NCBI GenBank assembly: GCA_937984095.1 | Contig: CALJYH010000055.1 | Coordinates: forward strand, 1 to 50,344 | Direction: 5' to 3' | Source: an uncultured Gammaproteobacteria bacterium | Lineage (GTDB): Bacteria > Pseudomonadota > Gammaproteobacteria > GCA-001735895 | Length of the DNA: 50,344 nt | Shown here: positions 30,608 to 38,886 of the stretch, in pieces | How the letters are laid out: each line of letters begins with the position of its first letter | Position numbering within the stretch: position 1 is the stretch's first letter | Notes under the pieces: generated by a model | Seen by the model: only the letters and a program-made list of their open reading frames with translations | Database searches by the model: none | What the model was told of the DNA's origin: nothing | Made by a program: the position numbers and the translations under genes

Positions 30608-31279
30608 TCAGGTCCACGCGAAATAAGGTTGCTCATAATGTAGCACGCGAGTACTTCTGCCCAGTAACGCAACCTCGCGAAACTGGTAAGCGATTACGGC
30701 GCTGGGCGCGGCAAACCAGTCGTCACCCAGCGGCATTTTCAGTACCGGATGCTCACTTTCCTCAGTCGATTCAAGTATTGGCGCGTCTTCCCGCGACAAT
30801 TCACGTAACGGGATACGATGAATCTGGGCGACTTCATCGGGATTCGGAATTAAATCGACATCCCTTCCACCCCAGACCACCACCGGCGTAATAACAAAAC
30901 CTGAGCGTGTCGCGTAATCATCCAGGCGGCCGAGCACTTTGCTGACATCCAGGTTTAATCCGACCTCCTCCTCGAGTTCGCGTAATGCCGCCTGTTCGAC
31001 GGTTTCACCCTGGTCCAGTCTGCCGCCGGGATAAGCACGCTGTCCGGCGTGGCTGGAAAGTGTCGCGGCACGTGTTGTCAGAATGAAAGCGGCCTGATCA
31101 CAGTTCTCAGCCAGATGGGGAATATTCCCCATATCGGCCGGTTCGCTGCACTCTACGAGCGTAAACGCAACCGCCGCATGCTTCAAACCAGCGCGGTCCA
31201 GCTCGGATACATCATGCTGATTCAGATTCCGTGAAATCAGCTCACGCAGGGATTGATCGAATTTATAGCTTGAATCCAT
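30608..31279 (-). CDS. Nudix hydrolase, CoA pyrophosphatase family
   Basis: LTTRA..LSSHAGQ..PGG and ALRELEEEVG Nudix box. Confidence 0.9.
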   Translation of the reverse strand: MDSSYKFDQSLRELISRNLNQHDVSELDRAGLKHAAVAFTLVECSEPADMGNIPHLAENCDQAAFILTTRAATLSSHAGQRAYPGGRLDQGETVEQAALRELEEEVGLNLDVSKVLGRLDDYATRSGFVITPVVVWGGRDVDLIPNPDEVAQIHRIPLRELSREDAPILESTEESEHPVLKMPLGDDWFAAPSAVIAYQFREVALLGRSTRVLHYEQPYFAWT

Positions 31280-31444
31280 TGATATAGTGTCTTAATCGCT
31301 GATCCGAGAATCGGCCTCAAATATGCCATAACCAGAAAAATTTAACCCATTTGGGTGATGTTTTGCCTGCGAATACAGAGGATACTCCTTGCCGTTAAGT
31401 AACAAAATCGCACTTTTCAAATGGATAATGTCAAATTATTCATT

Positions 31445-31610
31445 AAGAAAAGGTGATTTTTTGTTTGGTTAAGACCTCGGGGCAGGTGTTCGTTGGTTCA
31501 ATAACGGTGATCCTGGCCCTGATCTGAGAATGCTTCGGATTAGCAACTCTCAGTAACTTACGATTTAATCGCGCAATGTTTTGCGGGCCTCTTCGGGGGC
31601 CTTTTTTTTG
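31445..31610 (+). ncRNA. Candidate small RNA (5' end uncertain)
   Basis: Two hairpins plus a plus-strand terminator in an intergenic region whose flanking genes are both on the minus strand. Confidence 0.45.
31585..31610 (+). terminator. Rho-independent terminator
   Basis: GGCCTC-TTCG-GGGGCC followed by T8. Confidence 0.8.
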
Positions 31611-31618
31611 CCTCGAGT

Positions 31619-32662
31619 TTATATGTCGGGCATGGTTATCGGCTCTTGCTGCAAACCGGTCAGCAATTCCTTGAGCTCGAGGATGTATTCCGACCAGTAA
31701 CGTTCGGTATTGAACCACGGAAAGGCGAGTGGAAAAGCTGGATCGTCCCAGCGTCGGGCCAGCCAGGCGCTAAAATAAAGCACGCGCATCGCGCGCAACG
31801 GCTCGATCAGTTTAAGCTCGCGCACATCAAAAGGCTGAAACATTTCATAACCCTCGATGATCTCCAGTAGCTGGCGCTGCTGATTAGGAATATCGCCAGA
31901 TAGAAGCATCCATAAATCCTGAATTGCGGGTCCGCTAATGGCGTCGTCGAAGTCGACGAAATGAGGGCAGTCGTCGCGCCACAAAACATTACCGCTATGG
32001 CAGTCACCGTGCAACGTGATTTGCTGATAGGGTTCGACGTCCGGTCGCCGTGCCTGTATGGCAGACAGAATCTCGCTGGTAATCGCGCGGTACGCCGCTT
32101 CGAGATCTGACGGTATGAATCCGGCCTCCAACAGATAGTTCACATTTTCACTGGCTCGATCGACCGACATCCGGATGCGATGCTCAAATCGAAATCCTTG
32201 CCCAACTGCATGAATACGGCCGATGAATCTTCCCATGAGATGTAAATGATCGAGGTTATCGAATTCCGGCGCACGACCACCCTGGCGCGGATAGATTGCA
32301 AACCAGAAGTCGTCATGGCTACCGAGAGTCGGATACTCCGCGTCAGAACCTATCACCAACGGCGGTACCACCGGAATTTCATGATCGAACAGAAACTGGG
32401 TAAAGCGATGCTCTTCGTCGATCTGCGACATACTCCAGCGGTTGGGTCGATAGAACTTGACGATGACCGGGTCTTCATCTTCGATGCCTACCTGGTAGAC
32501 CCGATTTTCATAGCTATTTAAGGCCAGAATGCGGGCATCGCTGAGCCTGCCGGTGGTTTCAACCGCAGCAATCACATGATCAGGGGTCAATCGCGTATAG
32601 GGATGGCTCAGGGCCGCTTCAGCAGGCTCTGGATGATCGTTATGTTTTCCGGCGAATCCCAT
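31619..32662 (-). CDS. srkA: Stress response kinase SrkA (RdoA/YihE)
   Basis: LNSYENRVYQ, KFYRP.RWS, LHGDCH.GN, FVDFDD, AWLARRWDDPAFP. Confidence 0.93.
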   Translation of the reverse strand: MGFAGKHNDHPEPAEAALSHPYTRLTPDHVIAAVETTGRLSDARILALNSYENRVYQVGIEDEDPVIVKFYRPNRWSMSQIDEEHRFTQFLFDHEIPVVPPLVIGSDAEYPTLGSHDDFWFAIYPRQGGRAPEFDNLDHLHLMGRFIGRIHAVGQGFRFEHRIRMSVDRASENVNYLLEAGFIPSDLEAAYRAITSEILSAIQARRPDVEPYQQITLHGDCHSGNVLWRDDCPHFVDFDDAISGPAIQDLWMLLSGDIPNQQRQLLEIIEGYEMFQPFDVRELKLIEPLRAMRVLYFSAWLARRWDDPAFPLAFPWFNTERYWSEYILELKELLTGLQQEPITMPDI

Positions 32663-32854
32663 TCCAGTGCTCCAGAATATGCATGGCGAGTTTGGCCGTT
32701 TTGATCGACCAGGTAACTCGAAGGATATATGTAGACCCTCCGGGCGTTCGACACTATACCCTCAAAATCCATCAAAAGGGGTAACTCAATTTGTAACCAT
32801 TGATTAAATATCGTGTTGCGAGCCGAAACCGGAATCGCGGGAAACTATTCGGGA

Positions 32855-33637
32855 TTACTCCAGTTGATCCAGCCAGTCTGCAACCGCGCCCACCAGCGCA
32901 TCACCCTGATCGGTGAAATAGTGATTCGCACCCGGCAACACTATCTGTTGCGAGTTTGCGTGTCCAGCCTTGTCGATCATTGCCTTGCGCCCAGGCGCCA
33001 GGCGGATCACCGCCGGGTATTCGTCGGCACCGTACAAATCCAGTACCGGTACGTGCATCCAGTCGAGCGGAAAAGGCTGATGCATGGGTTGCTTATAATC
33101 GGTTGCGCCCATGCCAAGACCGATAAATGCGTCGATGGAGCGGTCGTTTTTGGTCCTGATCCAGTCCATCGCCATGTGCACACCGCAACTGTGGGCCAGC
33201 AATACAACTTTTTGGAAACCGTTATCGCGCAAATACTTGATGCCTGCTTCAATTCGGGGGTGCGCATGGTGAAAGATGGGAACGTAATCGTAGTATTTGG
33301 CGTCTTTTTCAAGCACCGGCATCTGTAAAGATAGCGTGCTGTACCCGCGCTCGACCAGTCCCACGCGCAGCGGGCTTATCGTATCCGCCCAGTCCGGGTG
33401 AAAGCCGCGGCCGTGCAAGATCACGATGGCCGCGCTGGAATCTTCAGCCTCGGTGTAAATACTTAAGAATTCGCGCCCGTCAGCCTCGAGCCAGACGGGA
33501 TCACCATCCAGGATAACGTCGACGATTTCATCGGCTAAGCGTTCTTCACGCGCAAAGTCCGGCTCGGACGCGACCGCCTGCCCCAGGAAGAACAGGAATA
33601 CCAGCAGGTATGGCCTGACCAGCGCTTTAACGCTCAT
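32855..33637 (-). CDS. Secreted DUF3530-like alpha/beta hydrolase
   Basis: Signal peptide, REERLA, HGRGFHPDW, TLSLQMP, AHSCG, VLDLYG, GANHYF. Confidence 0.8.
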   Translation of the reverse strand: MSVKALVRPYLLVFLFFLGQAVASEPDFAREERLADEIVDVILDGDPVWLEADGREFLSIYTEAEDSSAAIVILHGRGFHPDWADTISPLRVGLVERGYSTLSLQMPVLEKDAKYYDYVPIFHHAHPRIEAGIKYLRDNGFQKVVLLAHSCGVHMAMDWIRTKNDRSIDAFIGLGMGATDYKQPMHQPFPLDWMHVPVLDLYGADEYPAVIRLAPGRKAMIDKAGHANSQQIVLPGANHYFTDQGDALVGAVADWLDQLE

Positions 33638-33866
33638 GTTCCATCAGTACCGGCTTTTCACGTTTTTCGAGCAATTGCTCCTCAGCGGATAACTGGTTAT
33701 CTGCAAACATGACCTTGTAACTGAAACCATCGCCGGCCTGCTCTGAACGCAGCTTCTTGGCCTCGGTTTTAGCGTCGCGGAAAGCCTCGAATACTTCCAG
33801 CAGCTCAAGACCCTTTACCAGATCGATACTGTCACGAGAGCTAATTTTGAAAAGATAATATGGCAT
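33627..33866 (-). CDS. Hypothetical protein
   Basis: 79-aa ORF (MPYYLFKI...AEEQLLEKREKP) tightly packed in the operon, with RBS. Confidence 0.7.
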   Translation of the reverse strand: MPYYLFKISSRDSIDLVKGLELLEVFEAFRDAKTEAKKLRSEQAGDGFSYKVMFADNQLSAEEQLLEKREKPVLMEHER

Positions 33867-33885
33867 GATTTAACCTGGCGCTGAA

Positions 33886-34380
33886 CTACTCGATAACGAT
33901 CAACTCGTACCCTAGTTCCTGGTAGAGGCTGACCTGGCCGGGGCCGGTCGGTGCGACATTAACATAATCGGGGAAATCTTCCGCGGTAACCCCATACCAG
34001 CCAGCATGGGTCTCGCAGACGTGCACCAGCACATCGTCGGCAACCAGCGACTGTACCTGCTGATGGATCTCGGCATACTCGCCCTGGTATTGTGATTGCA
34101 GCGCGAATTCCTCCCTGCCATGCGAGACGACCGCAAATTCGGTAGCGGGAAATCTGGCACGAATATTTTTAATAGCAGTTCGCACCTGTGGCAGCAAGTC
34201 CTCGAGTGCAGATTCATCTGCTTCGACGATTTCAAACACGACACCCTGTGGGGGTTCTGATTGAGCCAGCAGTTTTTCAACAGCGTCGTTTGCCTGGGCG
34301 ATGCCTGCAAAGGCCATAAAAGCCAGAAACAAAATAAAGTGTCGCTGCTGACTAGATCCGGGATTTTGCGAGACCGACAT
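33886..34380 (-). CDS. Exported DsrE family protein
   Basis: Signal peptide (GIAQA), AVVSHG, VHVCETH, LGY C-terminus; start inferred at ATG 34380. Confidence 0.75.
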   Translation of the reverse strand: MSVSQNPGSSQQRHFILFLAFMAFAGIAQANDAVEKLLAQSEPPQGVVFEIVEADESALEDLLPQVRTAIKNIRARFPATEFAVVSHGREEFALQSQYQGEYAEIHQQVQSLVADDVLVHVCETHAGWYGVTAEDFPDYVNVAPTGPGQVSLYQELGYELIVIE

Positions 34381-34849
34381 GCGTGAGCTTTTCTCGCGCT
34401 TCGTCGATGCGGCTGTCAATAAATCCACCATAAAAGTCCTCCGACCATATGCCGACCAGTTTATCACTCATTTCCTTACCCTCCGCATTCAGAAACAACA
34501 GGGTCGGCGTAAGCGAAACCTCATAACGCGATGCAAAATCAGCGGTACTCATCGTTTGACCATTGAAATCAACCAGGGTTTCAAAACTGTCCAGGGACAC
34601 CGTACGAATCAGAATCTTGTCATCGTATTCCGCATTGCGCTGCATCGGCAACAGGAACAGTTGTTCGAGCTTATGGCAATAGGCGCAGTCATCGCTGGAA
34701 AACTCGAGCACCAGGATTAAATTATCTGCCCTGGCAACACGTGCTTCATCGCGCAAGTCTGAAACCCTTTTCATAACAACATTATCACCAGACACTGGTC
34801 CGGAAATCATGAGTGCGGATAAAATAATTGCGAGTAAACTGTTGCGCAT
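34352..34849 (-). CDS. Exported thioredoxin-fold protein (SoxS/SoxW-like)
   Basis: Signal peptide, CAYC, TPTLLFL; start inferred at ATG 34849. Confidence 0.82.
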   Translation of the reverse strand: MRNSLLAIILSALMISGPVSGDNVVMKRVSDLRDEARVARADNLILVLEFSSDDCAYCHKLEQLFLLPMQRNAEYDDKILIRTVSLDSFETLVDFNGQTMSTADFASRYEVSLTPTLLFLNAEGKEMSDKLVGIWSEDFYGGFIDSRIDEAREKLTHVGLAKSRI

Positions 34850-34925
34850 GGTTGGATAATTAAGCGGACTAAAGGCTGCACGTCCCTGTGCTAGCTGGCA
34901 ATCCACAAGGGATAAAAGATCCGTG

Positions 34926-35585
34926 TCAACTGGTTGGTTTGGCCGTGGTCAAACCAAGATTCGACCAATTCTGCATGCCACCGCGATACCACTTGATCTT
35001 GTGCGCCGGGTAGCCAAACTTGAGCAGGTTCTTGATATTGTTCGGAGACTGACCACACCACATGCCGTTACAGAACATGACCAGGGTCTTCGCGTTGGAG
35101 TAATCCCACAGGCCTTCAAGCGAAGCGGCGCCAAACTGGTCTTCCAGGATTTCGCCAATTGAAATCGGATCAGCACCTTTGGCAGGATTCAAAGCAGTCC
35201 ACGGAATATTAACCGCGCCGGGGATCGTGCCCTTTTGCACCCAGTCAGGCGTGCGTGAATCGACCACCAGAATAGTCTTGTCACCCTTGCTCATTCGAAC
35301 CAGGTAATCAATTATTTCCTGTTCGCCCAGGGTTTCTATTCCAGGGGCCAATACAATTGGCTGAATACAAAACGGCGGGCAGGGCCGTGAAGTCTTGGCA
35401 AAGGCGGGATTAACCACGGCCTTGTTGTTCTGATCACGCATGATCTTCACCGACTTACCACCGTGCATGACGCTGGCTTCTTTCATGGTCGGTGTTATTC
35501 CCACAGGTTTATCGGCGGCCGCGGCGTTGCCAACCCATATCAGGCTGGTGGTCAACATAATTATTTTTAATAGCTTGGGTTTCAT
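34926..35585 (-). CDS. Periplasmic rhodanese-like sulfurtransferase (SoxL-like)
   Basis: Signal peptide, KTSRPCPPFCIQP, GTIPGAVNIP, FCNGMWCGQS, YRGGMQNW. Confidence 0.88.
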   Translation of the reverse strand: MKPKLLKIIMLTTSLIWVGNAAAADKPVGITPTMKEASVMHGGKSVKIMRDQNNKAVVNPAFAKTSRPCPPFCIQPIVLAPGIETLGEQEIIDYLVRMSKGDKTILVVDSRTPDWVQKGTIPGAVNIPWTALNPAKGADPISIGEILEDQFGAASLEGLWDYSNAKTLVMFCNGMWCGQSPNNIKNLLKFGYPAHKIKWYRGGMQNWSNLGLTTAKPTS

Positions 35586-35637
35586 CTTGTCCCTCCCGGG
35601 ATGTAATTAAAGAATTTAAATAAACGTGACTCCAACT

Positions 35638-35847
35638 CTAATCACAATCTGGTTCTTCTTCCTCTTCCCCTTCCTCTTTCTTTTTACCTTCCTGGCCTGC
35701 TTCGCTGCCAGCTACAATTGAAACGCAATACTGCGTTGATTCAACGGCAGACCGGAACTCATCCAGTGGTGACCACGCCAGCGCAACGGAGGAAAGAATC
35801 GTTTGGAAGGCTACGAAAAGCACTAAAATCAGATGTTTCATTTTCAT
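35638..35847 (-). CDS. Small secreted protein with acidic Cys-containing tail
   Basis: 69 aa, signal peptide (VALA), C-terminal EEGEEEEEPDCD. Confidence 0.7.
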   Translation of the reverse strand: MKMKHLILVLFVAFQTILSSVALAWSPLDEFRSAVESTQYCVSIVAGSEAGQEGKKKEEGEEEEEPDCD

Positions 35848-36059
35848 GTCTCTTCACGCGATACTGCGAACAATGCTAGATAATCAAAAAACACCGGGAT
35901 AGCACATATCTAACTTTGGGTATGGCTACACAAAGCGCTATCCATATAGTGTTTATTACATATTTGAATAGGATGAATTAATGTGCTTAATCTTATTATT
36001 ATCGTCGTCCAATACCTTTAAGTTGTTGCGCTAAATCAAGTAATTTGCATTTTCTCATT

Positions 36060-37142
36060 ATGTTCTACAACGAACAGACAGATCATCGCTTTTTCGGTTA
36101 CCGAACTACAACCCTACTGCTGTTGCTGCTTACGATTTCTTTACAAAACGGCATAGCGAGTGAAAATCCACTGGGTAAATCTTATGGTGCAATACCCTCC
36201 GAAAAACCGGACTGGTTTAAAGAAAGCTTCCTCGAATTCGAAGACGATGTCGCCGAGGCTGCGGCTGCCGGCCGGCGCGTCATGCTTTATTTTCACCAGG
36301 AAAGCTGCCCCTACTGCGCCCGGCTGGTCGAAGAGAATTTCACAGACCCCGAAATAAAGAGTTACATCATCAAGCATTTTGACGGTATCTCGCTCAACAT
36401 GTGGGGCGATCGCGAAGTAGTCAGTATCGGTGGTCAGGACTTTACCGAAAAAACCTTTGCCGCGGCCCTAAAGGTTCAATATACCCCGACCCTGGTTTTT
36501 CTGGATGAAAACGGCAAGGTTGCACTGCGTTTGAATGGTTATTACCCGCCTGCTGACTTCCGTGCGGCGCTCGACTATGTTTCGCAAAAACTGGAGCGGA
36601 AACTGAGCTTTTCGCAGTTTCGCCTCGATAAATTGGCATCGGTCGACGGCAATCTAATCAATGAAGACTTTTATCTGGATCAAGCCGATCTGAGTATACT
36701 TATCTCGAACACAAATAAGCCACTCGCGGTTTATTTCGAATCACCCAACTGTGCGGAATGCAAGACCATGCACGAGCGAATCCTGACCGATAAAGCGACT
36801 CGTAAACTCGTGCTCGAGGCCAACAATGTGCAGTTTAACGTCGCGTCAGAAAAACGCCTGACCACTCCCGCAGGCGAGCGGACCAGCGTCAGGCAATGGG
36901 CGCAGGAACTGGGAGTCGATTACACCCCCTCGCTGATCTTTTTTGATCAGCAAGGCAATGAAGTCATGCGCATCGGCGCATTTATGAAAACCTTTCATTT
37001 TCAATCGGTATACGCCTACGTGCTGGAAAAGGCGTATCTCGAAGAACCAGAGTTCCAGCGCTATATATCGGCGCGAGCTGATCATATTCGTGAAGCCGGA
37101 TTCGATACCGATATCTGGGGTTACGATTCATTTCATGATTAA
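36060..37142 (+). CDS. soxW: Tandem thioredoxin-fold protein SoxW-like
   Basis: PDWFKESFL, CPYC and CAEC, two YTP motifs; sox context. Confidence 0.8.
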   Translation: MFYNEQTDHRFFGYRTTTLLLLLLTISLQNGIASENPLGKSYGAIPSEKPDWFKESFLEFEDDVAEAAAAGRRVMLYFHQESCPYCARLVEENFTDPEIKSYIIKHFDGISLNMWGDREVVSIGGQDFTEKTFAAALKVQYTPTLVFLDENGKVALRLNGYYPPADFRAALDYVSQKLERKLSFSQFRLDKLASVDGNLINEDFYLDQADLSILISNTNKPLAVYFESPNCAECKTMHERILTDKATRKLVLEANNVQFNVASEKRLTTPAGERTSVRQWAQELGVDYTPSLIFFDQQGNEVMRIGAFMKTFHFQSVYAYVLEKAYLEEPEFQRYISARADHIREAGFDTDIWGYDSFHD

Positions 37143-37169
37143 ATACATCTAAACCAGAGGAGACATACC

Positions 37170-37481
37170 ATGAAACATACCCTAAAAACCTTGTTGCTCA
37201 CTGCCTCGGTCGCAGTTTTCAGCTGTGGCTATCTTGCATCGGTAAACGCAGCTGACATGAGTGCTGAAGCTTCGATTGCCGCTGCCAAGGATGCCCAGAA
37301 GCAAGCAAAATCGGTTGGCGGAGAATGGCGCGACACCGGCAAGATGATCAAGAAAGCGGAAAAGCTGTTAAAAGAAGGTAAAGCCAAGGAAGCCGCAAAA
37401 ATAGCCCAGGAGGCCGAAGCACAGGGTATGCTGGGTTACATGCAGGCCACTTCGCAAACCAAAGACAACCTGCACATCTAA
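37170..37481 (+). CDS. soxK: SoxAX-binding protein SoxK
   Basis: Signal peptide, Ala/Lys-rich helices, GEWRDT motif. Confidence 0.82.
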   Translation: MKHTLKTLLLTASVAVFSCGYLASVNAADMSAEASIAAAKDAQKQAKSVGGEWRDTGKMIKKAEKLLKEGKAKEAAKIAQEAEAQGMLGYMQATSQTKDNLHI

Positions 37482-37500
37482 AATTTTCAGCAGATAAACA

Positions 37501-37532
37501 GCCGGATGACCCATTCGTCATCCGGCCGTTTT
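37501..37532. terminator. Hairpin between convergent genes
   Basis: GCCGGATGAC-CCATTC-GTCATCCGGC followed by a short T tract. Confidence 0.6.
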
Positions 37533-37542
37533 GTCCCGTTCC

Positions 37543-37950
37543 TTATTCGGCCAACTGCCAACCTTTCTCGGTTTTGTGCAACGTGACCTTATCGGTTTTA
37601 TGAATTCGGTCTCCGACCTCGAACTGACCAAAATTTGACTGAATCGCGGTCAAAATAAACTTCGAGCCAAACATTCCATACTGGGGTCCGGTAGGATCTT
37701 CACGAATTTCCCGCACCACGTCGATAAAGCTTTTCTGAAACACCAGGTCATATTCAACGTCTACAACGTAAACGTTGTCGCTTTCCCTGAAGCCGTTGAC
37801 CTTGGCGAAGTTTTCCATCGTAAACAGATCATCGAGGCCATCCGTCAGCAAACTGCTGCGCACCATGGTTTCAATTTCCTCGCTATCGGGCACACCGGAA
37901 CAGGCGGCCAGCAAGGCGGAGAGCAGTAGCAGAGCTAATATTTTTTTCAT
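37543..37950 (-). CDS. Hypothetical lipoprotein
   Basis: LLAAC lipobox; C-terminal KTEKGWQL. Confidence 0.75.
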   Translation of the reverse strand: MKKILALLLLSALLAACSGVPDSEEIETMVRSSLLTDGLDDLFTMENFAKVNGFRESDNVYVVDVEYDLVFQKSFIDVVREIREDPTGPQYGMFGSKFILTAIQSNFGQFEVGDRIHKTDKVTLHKTEKGWQLAE

Positions 37951-37967
37951 TATCCAGGATCGTTAGT

Positions 37968-38834
37968 TTATTGAGATTCGGCAGTATCGGGTTTGGCCTG
38001 CCCCTGCTTTGACATCATTTCCTGCCATTGCTGGTAGAATTTTTCGTACTGCTTTGGATCCATTATTGTCTGCGGACCCGGTGTCGCGCCGATTGGCGGC
38101 ACGGCACCAGGATGTGTCATCCCGGGCATCTGCGGCATCATCCCCATCGGTGGCATCCCGCCAGGCATTTGCGGCATCATTCCCATCGGTGGCATCCCGC
38201 CGGGCATCTGCGGCATCATTCCCATCGGTGGCATCCCGCCGGGCATCTGCGGCATCATCCCCATCGGTGGCATCCCGCCGGGCATCCCTGGCATCATGCC
38301 CATGCCCGTCATGGGATTCATCATCCCCATCATCGGCGCCATCATCATGCCGGTCATCGGGTTCATCATCATACCCATCGGTGCCATCATCCCGGTCATC
38401 GGGTTCATCATCCCCGTCATAGGTGCCATCATCCCGGTCATCGGATTCATCATCCCCGTCATTGGCGCCATCATCCCGGTCAGCGGGTTCATCATTCCAG
38501 TGGCAGCATCACCGTAGGCCTGGGGATTAGCCATGTGCATCATCGGATTCATCGCCTGCATCATGCCGCCGTAGTCCTTCTGATAGCGCGCAATATCCTC
38601 GTTGTCGTGGCATTCGACACAGGATGAAATCAGCGGTTGGCCCTGTAATTCGCCACTCATCATGCTATTCATGAGCTTGATCCAGACATTCGGATCCATC
38701 GATTTTTGCATGGCATACGACATTTCCGGGTCGGCTGCTGCGGTATTGTCCGTTGCTTCATCTGCCGCCATCGATACCGATGTTGTCAGGCCCAACAAAA
38801 CGGCTAACAGTAATTTTACAATGCTGGTATTCAT
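37968..38834 (-). CDS. Secreted Met/Pro/Gly-rich repeat protein with a CxxCH motif
   Basis: CAGGAG RBS, signal peptide, CVECH at residues 72-76, about 71 Met in 288 aa by my count. Confidence 0.8.
   Translation of the reverse strand: MNTSIVKLLLAVLLGLTTSVSMAADEATDNTAAADPEMSYAMQKSMDPNVWIKLMNSMMSGELQGQPLISSCVECHDNEDIARYQKDYGGMMQAMNPMMHMANPQAYGDAATGMMNPLTGMMAPMTGMMNPMTGMMAPMTGMMNPMTGMMAPMGMMMNPMTGMMMAPMMGMMNPMTGMGMMPGMPGGMPPMGMMPQMPGGMPPMGMMPQMPGGMPPMGMMPQMPGGMPPMGMMPQMPGMTHPGAVPPIGATPGPQTIMDPKQYEKFYQQWQEMMSKQGQAKPDTAESQ
38130..38285 (-). repeat. 4 x 39-bp coding tandem repeat (MPGGMPPMGMMPQ)
   Basis: Four copies identical at protein level, differing only at synonymous positions. Confidence 0.95.
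38304..38495 (-). repeat. 9 x ~21-bp coding tandem repeat (MM[N/A]PMTG)
   Basis: Units of 6-8 aa with strict Asn/Ala alternation. Confidence 0.9.
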
Positions 38835-38886
38835 TAGGTGTACTCCTGAGTACTTGTGAGATGCCTATAACGGCAGCCTAAAATTG

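Noticed and set aside
38130-38495. Possible CRISPR array
   Set aside because: Repeats are contiguous, in-frame and coding, with no unique spacers and no cas genes
38009-38627. His-rich and Ser/Ala-rich repeat ORFs on the plus strand
   Set aside because: Antisense shadows of the Met (ATG/CAT) repeats; the minus-strand frame has the RBS, signal peptide and synonymous-only variation
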